A DNA stretch of 64,000 bases, taken from contig OZ244052.1 in assembly GCA_965215125.1 (NCBI GenBank), positions 1,760,001 through 1,824,000 on the forward strand, in the 5' to 3' direction. The notes beneath the pieces were generated by a model. The model saw nothing but the letters and a program-made list of their open reading frames with translations. It had not been told where the DNA came from and made no database searches. Made by a program: the position numbers and the translations under genes. This DNA is from an uncultured candidatus Porisulfidus sp. Lineage in GTDB: Bacteria > Pseudomonadota > Gammaproteobacteria > Poriferisulfidales > Oxydemutatoraceae. Each line of letters opens with the position of its first letter. Positions within the stretch are counted from its first letter, which is position 1. Shown here piece by piece: positions 52,879 through 63,393 of this stretch.

Positions 52879-53958
52879 ATGAAGTTTTACATCATAGATT
52901 TTTATTTGGCGCGCCAACTACTAACGGGCATCGTGGTGGCTTTGCTCGCGCTGCTTGCCATAGACGGTGTGATAGATTTTCTCGATGAAATAGATAAAGT
53001 CGATGCCGACTATCCTATAGAGACAATGTTGTTTTACAGCCTGCTGGAGATTGCCGTCAGTGCTTACGAATTATTGCCCATTGCCGTTTTATTGGGTTGC
53101 ATGGTGGGCTTGGGAAGCATGGCCGTTAATTTTGAGTTTTTAGCGTTGCGCGCCTGCGGTTATACCCGCATGCGCATTGCCTACTCTATTTTATCGGTCG
53201 GTGCTTTACTGATGATCGGCACTTTTATCTACGGGGAGTTCGTCGTGCCCAAGGCACAATATCGGCAATATGAAATTAAACATTGTTGCGAACAACAGTC
53301 GCATTTCTTCGAGTCGGATACCGGTTATTGGTTACACGAGGGGGATTATTTCATTAACTTCAAAACCTTATTAAGCGACGACAAGTATCTGGATGTCAAT
53401 GTGTTTGAATTGAATCAAAGCTATCGTTTGCTACGGCATATCGAAGCGAAGCGGGCAGTTACATCGGTTGATGAAGGGATATTAATTCTGCACGATGCCG
53501 AACTTTTTCTATTCGGAAACGAGAATCGTATTCAAAAGCGCGTTGCCGAGCAACTGCGAATTCCTTTTACGATATCGGAACTCACTCACACGATGCCCGA
53601 AAGTCTAAGGCAAGAACACATGAACTTTCGTCAGCTGCACGCGTATATCGAATTTTTGAGGCGTTCCGAATTAAATACCGATGCCTACGAACTCGCTCTG
53701 TGGACACGTTTGAGTACGATGTTGTCTATCTTGGTTGTAATATTGCTCGCTATACCGTGGATATTCGGGTCGGTGCAAAGTGCTACAATGGGAAAGCGGT
53801 TTTTCACTGCAGTTTTATTAGGTTTGTCGTATATCATCGTGAGTCAAATTTTCGGGAATTTATCAATTAGCTACCATTTCTCGGCATGGCTGGGAGCGTT
53901 TCTGCCGATTATTCTTTTTTCGCTGTTGGGTTTTTATCTGTTGAGGGTGATACGCTGA
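52879..53958 (+). CDS. lptG: LPS export ABC transporter permease LptG
   Basis: Follows lptF; LLPIAVLLG...LG.MA...E..ALRA.G, GEFVVP, YELALW; start uncertain. Confidence 0.87.
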   Translation: MKFYIIDFYLARQLLTGIVVALLALLAIDGVIDFLDEIDKVDADYPIETMLFYSLLEIAVSAYELLPIAVLLGCMVGLGSMAVNFEFLALRACGYTRMRIAYSILSVGALLMIGTFIYGEFVVPKAQYRQYEIKHCCEQQSHFFESDTGYWLHEGDYFINFKTLLSDDKYLDVNVFELNQSYRLLRHIEAKRAVTSVDEGILILHDAELFLFGNENRIQKRVAEQLRIPFTISELTHTMPESLRQEHMNFRQLHAYIEFLRRSELNTDAYELALWTRLSTMLSILVVILLAIPWIFGSVQSATMGKRFFTAVLLGLSYIIVSQIFGNLSISYHFSAWLGAFLPIILFSLLGFYLLRVIR

Positions 53959-54364
53959 TCAATCGGCTTTTTGACACGATGTCGTGCCAAGCACGATTTT
54001 GCTTATCAAAGAGCACATGGATAAATCCGAAGCCACATACTACCGACGAGAAAACGGCACAAACGATACGCAACAACGCTTTTTCCCATCCTATCGGGTA
54101 ACCCTCCAGATCTACAACGCGTATTTTCCATGTTTTCATACCGAGTGTTTGACCACCGTATATCCAGAAGCCTATATAGTACAGAGGGATTAGTGCATAG
54201 ATAAAAAACACATAGAACAAATAACCTGCTTGACCTTGTTGTATACCCGAGATTGCCCACGGCAAACTTGTAATGAGCAAGACCGCAAACAATAAAATCA
54301 AGTCATACACTATTGCGGCTAAGCGTCTAGCTAATCCGATGTTATTCGTAGGAGGAATAGGCAT
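53909..54364 (-). CDS. RDD family membrane protein
   Basis: RRLAAIVYD, GQTLGM..W.IRV, AWHD..S; convergent with and overlapping the lptG 3' end. Confidence 0.9.
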   Translation of the reverse strand: MPIPPTNNIGLARRLAAIVYDLILLFAVLLITSLPWAISGIQQGQAGYLFYVFFIYALIPLYYIGFWIYGGQTLGMKTWKIRVVDLEGYPIGWEKALLRIVCAVFSSVVCGFGFIHVLFDKQNRAWHDIVSKSRLISVSPSTDKNPTAKKE

Positions 54365-54400
54365 GTGGACATTCTGAAGAGGAGGTCAATTTCGGTGCAA

Positions 54401-55252
54401 TTATCCGTATCTAGCAAGATAAGGCTTTACATTTTGGTATTGTTTAGTAGCAAGGAGTGCTTGAAAGATATTTTTTCTGGCTGTCATATCCTGCTTGGTT
54501 AACTTTTTTTGATTTTTCATCCTTTGGACATATTTATCATTATGAAGCCAATCTCTATTTTTTCCTTGTCTAGAGAGCTCTGCATAGTAGTCATAGTTCT
54601 CCATGAAGGCTTTGGAACGTTCATGAGATCCATTCAAAAAACATTTAAGGCGGGATATTTCTCTTTCCGGGTATGTCAGTAAATCTTCATAGTATATAAC
54701 CATTTTATTTCCACTAAAACGATCGTAGACATTTATCAACTCTAAATAAATGATAGCCCCATATAGAAAACGAAGTTTACTGTTCTTTTCACCATGCAAT
54801 AAATATTGAACTGGCCCGCTAAGATGGTCATGATAATTTCTAATCAGTAGTATAATAGCCAGCACGGAAGTCCTTTCATAAGGAACATGAGATTTATAAA
54901 GAATGAAAGGATTTTTTGGGTTTACATGGGTTAAAGGATGTTCTTCACTAGGGAAAGTATTTAGATATATAGGAATATCTTCTGAATTATTTTTGCAACC
55001 ATGAGTAGGGCAATCGGTAAGATACTCGGTTATAAAACGGACCCAGTGATTGCCGCTTCTGGGAAAGGACCATAAGGCATTATGATCAAAAGCATAATGT
55101 TTTCCATACCCTTTAAATGGTTTTTTTAAAATCGCTATATATAAATGAGATAATAAGTCTGCAACTTTTTTTGAGGAAAATAAGCTGTTACTTCTACTTA
55201 ATATACTTAGTAATACTGACATAAAATAATTTTTAAGTAATTTACGAAACAT
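54401..55252 (-). CDS. Sulfotransferase-like protein
   Basis: SFPRSGNHW.R (5'PSB), LYKSH, LLIRN..D (3'PB), YYEDL; AT-rich. Confidence 0.72.
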   Translation of the reverse strand: MFRKLLKNYFMSVLLSILSRSNSLFSSKKVADLLSHLYIAILKKPFKGYGKHYAFDHNALWSFPRSGNHWVRFITEYLTDCPTHGCKNNSEDIPIYLNTFPSEEHPLTHVNPKNPFILYKSHVPYERTSVLAIILLIRNYHDHLSGPVQYLLHGEKNSKLRFLYGAIIYLELINVYDRFSGNKMVIYYEDLLTYPEREISRLKCFLNGSHERSKAFMENYDYYAELSRQGKNRDWLHNDKYVQRMKNQKKLTKQDMTARKNIFQALLATKQYQNVKPYLARYG

Positions 55253-55609
55253 TTATAGTATTTGATGGATAGTATTAAAGTTATTATAGAACATATGACC
55301 TTCCCCCATTTTCAGGACCAAAACTTGAATGAGATATGTATTATAAGTCACTTCTGTGCCTTATGCTAATAAAATATTAAATAAGCTAGATTGCCAAGCT
55401 CACATTCCGATATGGGTTGGTTATTCTCGTTCAGTGGCAATTTAGACAAAATCCTATGTTGTTGCCTAAATTGAAGTCTTGCAACTAAAAAACCAGCCTC
55501 ATAATGCGCCTTTAAGCGACGATCTCTAGTCGAGATGACCTCTACTAGCTGCTGATTTTTAGCTCGTTTCATAACTACTAAACAAGCCTTCCGCTATGCA
55601 ACGCATGTG

Positions 55610-55860
55610 GCGAATGCTACCGGGTCATATAATCTAATGAGCTATGCGGTCGTTCATGGTTATAGTGGTATCGCCACTGTTCAATAATATGACGCGCTTC
55701 CTGAAGGCTGCGGAATCAGTGCTGGTTAAGGCAATTGTCTCTAAACTTGCCGTTCAGGCTTTCCACCAAAGCATTCTGGGTCGGCTTGCCCGGTTGAATA
55801 AAGTGCAGTTTCACCCTGCTATCCTGCAACAACGCTTCTTTTGCTTGCCGGGGTCACCAC
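55610..55860 (-). pseudogene. IS3 orfB integrase remnant
   Basis: Minus strand reads [30 protein letters not shown]...YNHERPHSSL with an internal stop; most of the core is deleted. Confidence 0.8.
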
Positions 55861-56117
55861 TTTTTTGACAGCACATCCTTGAGGGCGGTGATTTCTAGTT
55901 GTTGCTCGCCGACTAGTTTCTTGAGTTGGTTATTCTGCAATTCAAGGCTCTTTAATCGCTTGGCTTCGTTGACTTCTAACCCGGCATATTTGCTACGCCA
56001 GTTGTAAAAGGTGCCATGCGCTATACCGAGTTCTCGGCAAATGTCCTCTGTGCTGCGACCTGCCTCGTGCGATTTGATCGCACCGATAATTTGCTCTTCT
56101 GTATATCGTTTCTTCAT
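55854..56117 (-). CDS. IS3-family transposase OrfA
   Basis: MKKRYTEEQII...CRELGI...TFYNWRSKY.G...RLK.LE..N..LK...KKW, ending in an A-run frameshift window. Confidence 0.9.
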   Translation of the reverse strand: MKKRYTEEQIIGAIKSHEAGRSTEDICRELGIAHGTFYNWRSKYAGLEVNEAKRLKSLELQNNQLKKLVGEQQLEITALKDVLSKKW

Positions 56118-56194
56118 TTTGAAATCTCCTGTTGTTTACTAATTTAACTGGAAATCTCATCTTTGTCATGCCCCGGTTTTTTGGGGTAAGGTCA

Positions 56195-56597
56195 GCTGAC
56201 CTAGAGGTTATTTTATAAGCCCAATGGGATTTATAAAGAACAAAAGTATTTTCTGGATTCACATGGGCTAAGGAGTGTTCTTTACTAGGGAAAGTATTTA
56301 GATAAATAGGGACATCCCTTTGATTTCCTTTGCCTCCTGCAGAGGGACAACCAGTAAGATATTCAGCTATAAAACGAGTCCAATGATTGCCGCTTCTAGG
56401 AGCCGACCACAGGGCATTGTGATCAAAAGTAAGGTTTTCGCTTAAATAGTTATAATGTTTTTCCTTATTCTCGGTAGTTACAAATAAATGTAATAATAAG
56501 TTTCCGATTTTTCTTGAAAAAAAGAGTTGCTATTAAGTTTATTGGATAATAAACCGGCGAATGCCAGCATCAAACGTTTAAGTAATTTACGAAACAT
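56195..56597 (-). pseudogene. Truncated and frameshifted paralog of the 54401-55252 sulfotransferase-like gene
   Basis: Same start and upstream sequence (MFRKLLK); FDHNALWSAPRSGNHW..PIYLNTFPS; frameshift near the A7 run at 56517-56523; cut by the IS3 end at 56194. Confidence 0.85.
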
Positions 56598-56653
56598 TTA
56601 TAGTATTTGATAAATAGCATTAGGCATTATTATAGCACCTAGAGGAACAAGCT

Positions 56654-57616
56654 ATGCGCCATCTTTATTCTGCGATTGAACCATATAAGCAATACACACT
56701 TAGCGTGGATAACGACCATGTATTACATGTAGAAGAGAGTGGTAACCCTAACGGGTTGCCGGTTGTTTTTCTGCATGGTGGACCGGGTGCCGGTTGCGAA
56801 CCGAGTCATCGTTGCTTTTTTAATCCCGAACTCTATCGTATCGTTCTATTTGATCAGCGAGGTTGCGGTCGTTCCACACCACACGCCGAGTTGCGCCACA
56901 ACACCACCTTGCATCTGATAGACGACATGGAGCGGATACGCATAGATTTAGCGATTGAGCAATGGATTGTATTCGGTGGTTCGTGGGGTTCTACTTTAGC
57001 CCTTGCGTATGCTCAAACCTATCCTGCGCGTTGTTTAGGACTTATTTTGCGAGGCATATTTTTGTGTAGGGAAAGAGATATATCGTGGTTTTATCAAGAT
57101 GGTGCAAGCTATATATTTCCGGATCTTTGGAAAGATTATCAAAGGATTATTCCACCCGAAGAGCGAAAGGATATGGTCGGTGCGTATTATCGTCGCCTAA
57201 TTAGTGAAGATATAGATGTACGATTGCAAGCGGCAAGAGCATGGGCGCAATGGGAAGCATGCACATCCAATCTAAATTCCAATGCAGCAGTGATTGACTT
57301 TTTCACTCAAGATAAAGTCGCATTGAGCCTTGCGAGAATAGAGTGCCATTATTTTATCAACCATGTTTTTCTAAAGGATCAACCACTGTTAAACCGCATG
57401 GATCGCCTTTCCGATATACCGGGAATAATCGTTCATGGACGCTACGATGTCGTGTGTCCGATTGAACAAGCATGGTTATTACACCGGCATTGGCAGAAAG
57501 CCGAATTACATATCGTTGCGGAAGCAGGTCATTCGGCTTTTGAACACGGCATTACCGACCGTTTGGTGCAAAGTACCGATGCAATGGCAGGGCGTATCGG
57601 TGGGCGACATTTGTGA
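56654..57616 (+). CDS. pip: Proline iminopeptidase
   Basis: LHGGPG, FDQRGCGRS.PHA, FGGSWGSTL, LRGIF, HGRYD, AGHS. Confidence 0.96.
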   Translation: MRHLYSAIEPYKQYTLSVDNDHVLHVEESGNPNGLPVVFLHGGPGAGCEPSHRCFFNPELYRIVLFDQRGCGRSTPHAELRHNTTLHLIDDMERIRIDLAIEQWIVFGGSWGSTLALAYAQTYPARCLGLILRGIFLCRERDISWFYQDGASYIFPDLWKDYQRIIPPEERKDMVGAYYRRLISEDIDVRLQAARAWAQWEACTSNLNSNAAVIDFFTQDKVALSLARIECHYFINHVFLKDQPLLNRMDRLSDIPGIIVHGRYDVVCPIEQAWLLHRHWQKAELHIVAEAGHSAFEHGITDRLVQSTDAMAGRIGGRHL

Positions 57617-57623
57617 TACAGAA

Positions 57624-58061
57624 ATGATTGCTTTGCTACAGAGAGTTAGTTATGGTTGCGTACGGATAGAAGGCAATATCGTTGCCGAGATTGGCCGTGG
57701 TGTACTGGTATTAGTTGCGGTACAACCCGACGACGACAAACGATGTGCCATGCGCATGGGAGAACGCATCTTAGGTTATCGTATGTTTTCCGACAACGAA
57801 GGCAGAATGAACCTACCGGTTACGGAAGTAGGCGGTGAAGTATTGCTGGTGCCGCAATTCACCTTAGCTGCGAACACGGACAAAGGTATGCGTCCCAGTT
57901 TCACGAAAGCTGCAAAACCCGAAACCGCTCGTTCGCTGTTTGAACATCTATATATAAACATGCGTAGCGTATACTCCAAACTCAGCCGTGGCAAGTTCGG
58001 TGCGACGATGCAAGTCAAGCTGGTCAACGAGGGGCCGGTTACTTTTATATTGCAAACATGA
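57624..58061 (+). CDS. dtd: D-aminoacyl-tRNA deacylase
   Basis: MIALLQRV, QFTLAA, RPSF, FGA.MQV.LVNEGPVT. Confidence 0.95.
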   Translation: MIALLQRVSYGCVRIEGNIVAEIGRGVLVLVAVQPDDDKRCAMRMGERILGYRMFSDNEGRMNLPVTEVGGEVLLVPQFTLAANTDKGMRPSFTKAAKPETARSLFEHLYINMRSVYSKLSRGKFGATMQVKLVNEGPVTFILQT

Positions 58062-58239
58062 TGGTATTTACCCGTTTCCTCAAACAAGGTTATGCCGGAG
58101 ATGGCTAAATGAAGCTGTGGTTAAACTCTGCCTTGTGTAACCGCCGTATATAACTGCCCTGTATATAATTTCCTACATAATATTTACTGTCGGTAATGCT
58201 TTATAATGCAGAAATAAATTCTCGGTTCAAACAACTATA

Positions 58240-59319
58240 ATGGCAACCCCTCCTCCTATCTATGTTATCAATCTAAAGCGTAACCCCGAGCGTAGACTGC
58301 ATATACAAAGACAGCTGGATGCGCTCAGTTTGGAGTACGAGTTTGTAGATGTGGATGATATTGATAAATATGAACTGGAATCAAAAGCATACCGCACGCG
58401 CATTGCCCAATCGTTAGGCATTGACGAGTCGCTTTTGGAAAACAAATATGCTGCGATCGTTAATCATGCGAAAACTGAGAAAGACAAAAACTGGAAAAAT
58501 GCCAACCTAGGTCAAATTGCTATCATATTAAGCCATATCAAAATTTATGACTTGATGGTCAAAAATGGTATTGACTGGGCATGCATACTAGAAGATGATG
58601 CTACCTTATTGCCGACTTTTCCCGAGGTTCTTAAAATTGCCCCTAAACTGGAATGGGATATACTGCTACTTGCCAGTCAGCCTTCCGGCTTTTGGCCTCT
58701 AATAGATTTAGTACAGACAAAACCTATCAGATATTTATTATTTTTTAGAAAGTTTATTAAATATTTATTCTCTTTGAACCATAGAACTAATAACTCTAAT
58801 AGTGCAAAACAAAGAGCTTATTCGGTAAAACGCTTATTGGAAGTGTACGGTATCAGTCCCTATCTTTATCCTAGGCAGTCGGAAAGAATCGCACAAATTT
58901 ATCAAGAATATGATACAAAGTTTGAAGAGATTATGAGAACAACCATACCGGACAAACTCCGTTTATCTTGGAGCGAGTTTAGATCTTGTAAAAAGAGACA
59001 TAGCGAATTGTACGGGGTCTTAGTGCTTTATACTTCCATTCAGCTCGGTGCATTGCCTGAAAAAAATAGTTTGGAATCGATAAACGAGTATCATCGTATC
59101 ACCGAACCAAAATACTGTCCTCTCGCAGCGACAGGCTATTTAGTAAATCAATCGACAGCAATGAAATGGAAACGCAAAGCCCTTGCTCCCGATATTTTGG
59201 CCATAGACCAGATTCCCTGGAGGTTATACAAAAATGAGCAGGTCAGGCTACGAATAGTTACTCCACCTTGTGCAACGGCTACTTATGACTATCTTAAATA
59301 TAGTGTTCGCCGCCGGTAA
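58240..59319 (+). CDS. Glycosyltransferase family 25 protein (paralog A)
   Basis: IYVINL...ERR, LSH...Y, ILEDDA, GYLV...A, AID. Confidence 0.85.
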   Translation: MATPPPIYVINLKRNPERRLHIQRQLDALSLEYEFVDVDDIDKYELESKAYRTRIAQSLGIDESLLENKYAAIVNHAKTEKDKNWKNANLGQIAIILSHIKIYDLMVKNGIDWACILEDDATLLPTFPEVLKIAPKLEWDILLLASQPSGFWPLIDLVQTKPIRYLLFFRKFIKYLFSLNHRTNNSNSAKQRAYSVKRLLEVYGISPYLYPRQSERIAQIYQEYDTKFEEIMRTTIPDKLRLSWSEFRSCKKRHSELYGVLVLYTSIQLGALPEKNSLESINEYHRITEPKYCPLAATGYLVNQSTAMKWKRKALAPDILAIDQIPWRLYKNEQVRLRIVTPPCATATYDYLKYSVRRR

Positions 59320-59362
59320 TGCTTTATAATGCAGAAATAAATTCTTGGTTCAAACAACTATA

Positions 59363-60418
59363 ATGGCAACCCTTCCTCGTATTTATGTTATCAATCTAAA
59401 GCGTAACCCCGAGCGTAGGCTACATATACAAAGACAACTGGATGCTTTGGGCATAAACTATCAATTCGTAGACGCGATTGATATGTTTGATCTGAAAAAG
59501 CCCCAATATCTTAGCGATATTAGCTGCATCTTAGGTATTGACAAAGCCGACCTGCAATACAAGTATTCTAAATTTGTCGGCATATCCAAAGCCAATAGGC
59601 AGAAAAACCAAGACATGTTAGGTCGCTTTGCTTGTTTACTGAGCCATGTCAAAACTTACAATTTGATACTTGAGAATGGCGACAATATAGCCTGTGTTAT
59701 AGAAGACGATGCCGTTTTATTACCGACTTTCCTTGAAGTATTGACAATAGCTCCCGAATTTCCATTTGATATATTGATGTTTTCCAGCCATTCTCATACC
59801 GTTCGCAAAGCTTTGGAAAAATTCAACGGTATCTACAGGCGGATTATAAAATCCCACAATTATGTATTACTCATGAAATATCGTATTAGAAAAACATCAT
59901 ATATATATATATATAAACATATAAGTGAATTACTAGGCATCTCGGCTTCTTTATATCCCGAACAATCAAAAGCCGTAATGGAAATATTAGAGAATTTTAT
60001 AGATGAATACAGAGATATAGTCAAGTTACACAACTGCGAACAAAGTTTGGTATGGTCCCTCTCTCCGTCTACATCCGAGGCACTTAAATCGTATAAAGAT
60101 TTGGTAATACATACGGGGTGTCAATTAGGTGGATTACCTGCTAAACAGAGCCGTCAAGCTATAAACGATCATCATTGCATCGCCGAACCTGCCGAGAGGC
60201 CTACTTCGAGCATGGCTTATTTGTTGACTCGGGCAGTGATAAAAGAATGGAAGTCAATGGCTATAGGCGACAATATATTGCCAATAGATAGCATTCCTTG
60301 GCATTTGCATAGGAATCGTCTAGCAAATCTTCGCATCGTATCTCCTCCTTGTGTGGTGGGTTCTTATAACTATCAGAAACACTCTACTCGTCAAAAATAT
60401 AAAGTTTTATACATTTAG
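59363..60418 (+). CDS. Glycosyltransferase family 25 protein (paralog B)
   Basis: Same motifs (CLLSH, IEDDA, AYLL, PID); upstream region and 5' end nearly identical to paralog A. Confidence 0.85.
   Translation: MATLPRIYVINLKRNPERRLHIQRQLDALGINYQFVDAIDMFDLKKPQYLSDISCILGIDKADLQYKYSKFVGISKANRQKNQDMLGRFACLLSHVKTYNLILENGDNIACVIEDDAVLLPTFLEVLTIAPEFPFDILMFSSHSHTVRKALEKFNGIYRRIIKSHNYVLLMKYRIRKTSYIYIYKHISELLGISASLYPEQSKAVMEILENFIDEYRDIVKLHNCEQSLVWSLSPSTSEALKSYKDLVIHTGCQLGGLPAKQSRQAINDHHCIAEPAERPTSSMAYLLTRAVIKEWKSMAIGDNILPIDSIPWHLHRNRLANLRIVSPPCVVGSYNYQKHSTRQKYKVLYI
59899..59914. repeat. (AT)8 simple sequence repeat within GT25 paralog B
   Basis: CATC-ATATATATATATATAT-AAAC, encoding SYIYIYK. Confidence 0.9.
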
Positions 60419-60453
60419 TTCGGTATGACATAGGACTCTATAAAGCCTATCTT

Positions 60454-61458
60454 TTAATCACAATTTAGATATTGGTGAAAATTATCGCTTTGTTTGGTTC
60501 TCAGTGTTTCTAATAACGCTCGTTGTGGAATAGGTAGATAATTCGGAGCACTCCTTCTCTCCCGATTTCTATTTAACGAGATAATTCCGATGTTCGGATT
60601 GAGATATCTGCCGATGTCTATAAACTGGGAACCCGTTGTATAGATGAGCCGAGCTTTAGATGCAATCAAAACATCTATTAAGGCATCACACTTTTGGCGG
60701 TATACCTCTTCATCGCTATAGCGGTTATCGTGCCTCAGATGTAGAGTTTTGGTATCGGTAGATCTTCTGATCTCCCTATAATATACTCTATTCGGAAATA
60801 CGAGTTGCACTTTGTCTATGAACTGTGCTTGATCCGAACACACGAAGATACTGCATCGGTCGTCTAAAACCGCTTTTAGATAGGTGATATATGAATCCAT
60901 TGCTATCAGTCGCTCCACACATCTAAGATGGGTGTATATATCGGTGCCTCGGTAATGCACCGCAACCCAGTCTCCTTTAATATATGTGTTAAGCCATTCA
61001 TCCGCTTGATGCTGTATATCTTGTCTGATGGATAGTTGCGAGATGACACCGTGTCCGTACTCCGCAGAAATATCCTTCCTTGCAGCCCTCCTTCCGGTAC
61101 TTGCCAAGTAGCTACTGATACTGTCTATATAAAATACCTTTTGATTAGAATCGGTTTTGCAAGGAGTGCTTTTGTTTATGTGGATATTTTCAAAAAGCGG
61201 CTTGAGTTCGTCCGGAAATACGAACTTAAGATTTATGTTTTTCTTGTCGCATATCCATGCGATGCCTATGATGCCATAGAGATAATTCGCTAGGGTTGGG
61301 TTCTTTATCCTTGCAACGATGCAATTTTTGGAGGAGATAACGAGGTAAATATGAAAAAATGTCCTAACGATGTTGCGGTAGACGATGCTGAATTTTCTTC
61401 TGAATATGTACATACGCTTGGATAGGGCACTTTTTCCACGATTGTTTGAAAATTTCAT
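60454..61458 (-). CDS. NodZ/GT23-like fucosyltransferase-family protein (paralog A)
   Basis: AVHYRGTD, IFVCSDQ, ALIDVLI.SK......GS.F motifs. Confidence 0.72.
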   Translation of the reverse strand: MKFSNNRGKSALSKRMYIFRRKFSIVYRNIVRTFFHIYLVISSKNCIVARIKNPTLANYLYGIIGIAWICDKKNINLKFVFPDELKPLFENIHINKSTPCKTDSNQKVFYIDSISSYLASTGRRAARKDISAEYGHGVISQLSIRQDIQHQADEWLNTYIKGDWVAVHYRGTDIYTHLRCVERLIAMDSYITYLKAVLDDRCSIFVCSDQAQFIDKVQLVFPNRVYYREIRRSTDTKTLHLRHDNRYSDEEVYRQKCDALIDVLIASKARLIYTTGSQFIDIGRYLNPNIGIISLNRNRERRSAPNYLPIPQRALLETLRTKQSDNFHQYLNCD

Positions 61459-61462
61459 TGAC

Positions 61463-62404
61463 CTATTCGGACCGGCGGTGATTTTTTTGCAAAGACCGCA
61501 ATAACGATTCTTCGGGTATAGGAATATAATTTGAGGTGCTTTGCCTTCCGACTCTCTGGTCCAAAGAGACTATTTTTATTTTGGGGTTGAAATTTTTCAC
61601 CACATCTATAAACCACGACCCTGTCGTATAAATAAGCTTAGCTTTGGCTAATATCAGAATATCTATCAGGGCATTGCGCTTTTGCCGATATAGATCTTTA
61701 TCGCTATATTGGTTATTATCCGACCAGTGTATCGGTTTTTTGTCAACGGAACGTTCGATTTCTCTAAAACAAGTACGATTGGGAAATGCTCGTTGCATTT
61801 CGTCGATAAATTGCGCTTGATCCGAGCAAACGAAAATGCCGCATTGATTATCCAAAACTTCTTTTAACCAAGTAATATATAGATTTATGGACATTTTTCT
61901 TTTTGCGGATCTAGGGTGTGTATGGGCATCGGTGCCGCGGTAGTGCACTGCAACCCAGTCGCCTTTAATATGCGTGTTGAACCACATATCGGCTTGGCGT
62001 TGTATATCTCGGTTGATTGATAGTCGGGAAATAATGCCGTATCCGTATTCGGCAGGCAGATCTTTTCTAGCAGCTTTTCGTGCGATACTTGCGAGATAAT
62101 CGCCGGAACTATTTAGCAAAAAACTTTTGTCGGGGTATGTCTTATTCGGATCGCGTTGATACAAAACGGAATTTTTAAAAAATGACACCTCCTCTTTAGG
62201 GAATACGAATTCAACGGTGATGTTCGTTTTTTCGCATAACCAGGCTATCCCGATTATTCCGTAGAGATAATTTGCCAGCGACGGGCGTTCTATGCTTGCG
62301 ACTATGTGTTGTTTATTCGATATGCCCATATATAAACGGAACAACTGTCGGACAGCTTTTCGGAAGATTGCACTGAGTTTGCTTTTATAAACGAATAGAT
62401 GCAT
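61463..62404 (-). CDS. NodZ/GT23-like fucosyltransferase-family protein (paralog B)
   Basis: Same motifs; shares LANYLYGIIGIAW and IKGDWVAVHYRGTD with paralog A. Confidence 0.72.
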   Translation of the reverse strand: MHLFVYKSKLSAIFRKAVRQLFRLYMGISNKQHIVASIERPSLANYLYGIIGIAWLCEKTNITVEFVFPKEEVSFFKNSVLYQRDPNKTYPDKSFLLNSSGDYLASIARKAARKDLPAEYGYGIISRLSINRDIQRQADMWFNTHIKGDWVAVHYRGTDAHTHPRSAKRKMSINLYITWLKEVLDNQCGIFVCSDQAQFIDEMQRAFPNRTCFREIERSVDKKPIHWSDNNQYSDKDLYRQKRNALIDILILAKAKLIYTTGSWFIDVVKNFNPKIKIVSLDQRVGRQSTSNYIPIPEESLLRSLQKNHRRSE

Positions 62405-62478
62405 AGAGAACCTTTTTTCTTTCGTTTATTATACAATGAGCTAATGCCGAGGAGACACATTGTCTCGGTACGCACGAT

Positions 62479-63327
62479 ATGCCATACAACGACAAGACAT
62501 CAAATAACCATTTAATAGCGGCATCTAATGTTTTGCCGTCGGCATTAAAGGCATTAGAGAAATGGATTGCCGACGGCTGTTTCGAGCAATACGAATCACC
62601 CGAGTATATATTGTCCGGCCCTAGAAATCGCCCGCATAACCGTCTATATGAATTTATACTACCGGCAGTAGATTATCGGGTCGTCATGAAAGTGACGCAT
62701 ATACACAAACAATACAGCTGGATACGCCGCCTACGAGCATTATTCAGATACTATCGTCGGCGGGATGCCAACTACAGAGCGTTTCAATGTTGTCGACATG
62801 CTTATCAACAGGGTCTCGCCGCCCCTAAACCATTGGCTTATTGGCGCAAACGCGAATCCTTCACTCAAACTAAAAGTTATTTTTTATATCGCTACATTGA
62901 GGGTAGTGTGTCGTTTCTTGAAATTTCCGAGAAATTGAGAAGAGAGAGTGAAGATAAATGGCAACAACAAAGGGATTTGTTGAAAACAAAGATTATAGAT
63001 GCCGTTAAGTGCCTTCATGACTCGGGTATCAGACACGGTGATATGGTTGCGCATAATATATTGATATCCATCCCGAATACAGACTTGTCAAAAGCAAAAG
63101 TTTGTTTTATGGATTACGATAGGAGCACTTTGTCCGGATTGCGAAGAGACACTTTTCTTAAACGATTTTTTGATTTAAGAGACCTACGCAAATTATATAT
63201 AGACGGTGCTTTACCTTACGATTTGCTCGGCATCTATTTGGGAGATGATTATCATCCGCTGTGGCGCATCGTCCTCGCTTTTTGGCGATTGGGGAAGCTT
63301 GATACCTTTACAAATAAAGTAATGTAG
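62479..63327 (+). CDS. Lipopolysaccharide kinase (Kdo/WaaP/InaA) family protein (paralog A)
   Basis: VVMK, APKPLAY, LHDSGIRHGD....NIL, FMDYD kinase motifs. Confidence 0.8.
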   Translation: MPYNDKTSNNHLIAASNVLPSALKALEKWIADGCFEQYESPEYILSGPRNRPHNRLYEFILPAVDYRVVMKVTHIHKQYSWIRRLRALFRYYRRRDANYRAFQCCRHAYQQGLAAPKPLAYWRKRESFTQTKSYFLYRYIEGSVSFLEISEKLRRESEDKWQQQRDLLKTKIIDAVKCLHDSGIRHGDMVAHNILISIPNTDLSKAKVCFMDYDRSTLSGLRRDTFLKRFFDLRDLRKLYIDGALPYDLLGIYLGDDYHPLWRIVLAFWRLGKLDTFTNKVM

Positions 63328-63393
63328 GGCTGTTTTTGATTAGTCCGGGATATAATATCTTCAATTTGTTTTTACCCGATAGGATTATCCAGT

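Larger units (their letters stand above)
55296..56194 (-). mobile_element. Internally deleted IS3-family (IS407-like) element
   Basis: Ends TGACCTTCCCCC (55296) and GGGGTAAGGTCA (56194); intact orfA, only fragments of orfB; no target duplication seen. Confidence 0.82.

Noticed and set aside
55644-55868. 74-aa plus-strand ORF
   Set aside because: Antisense shadow of the IS3 orfB remnant.
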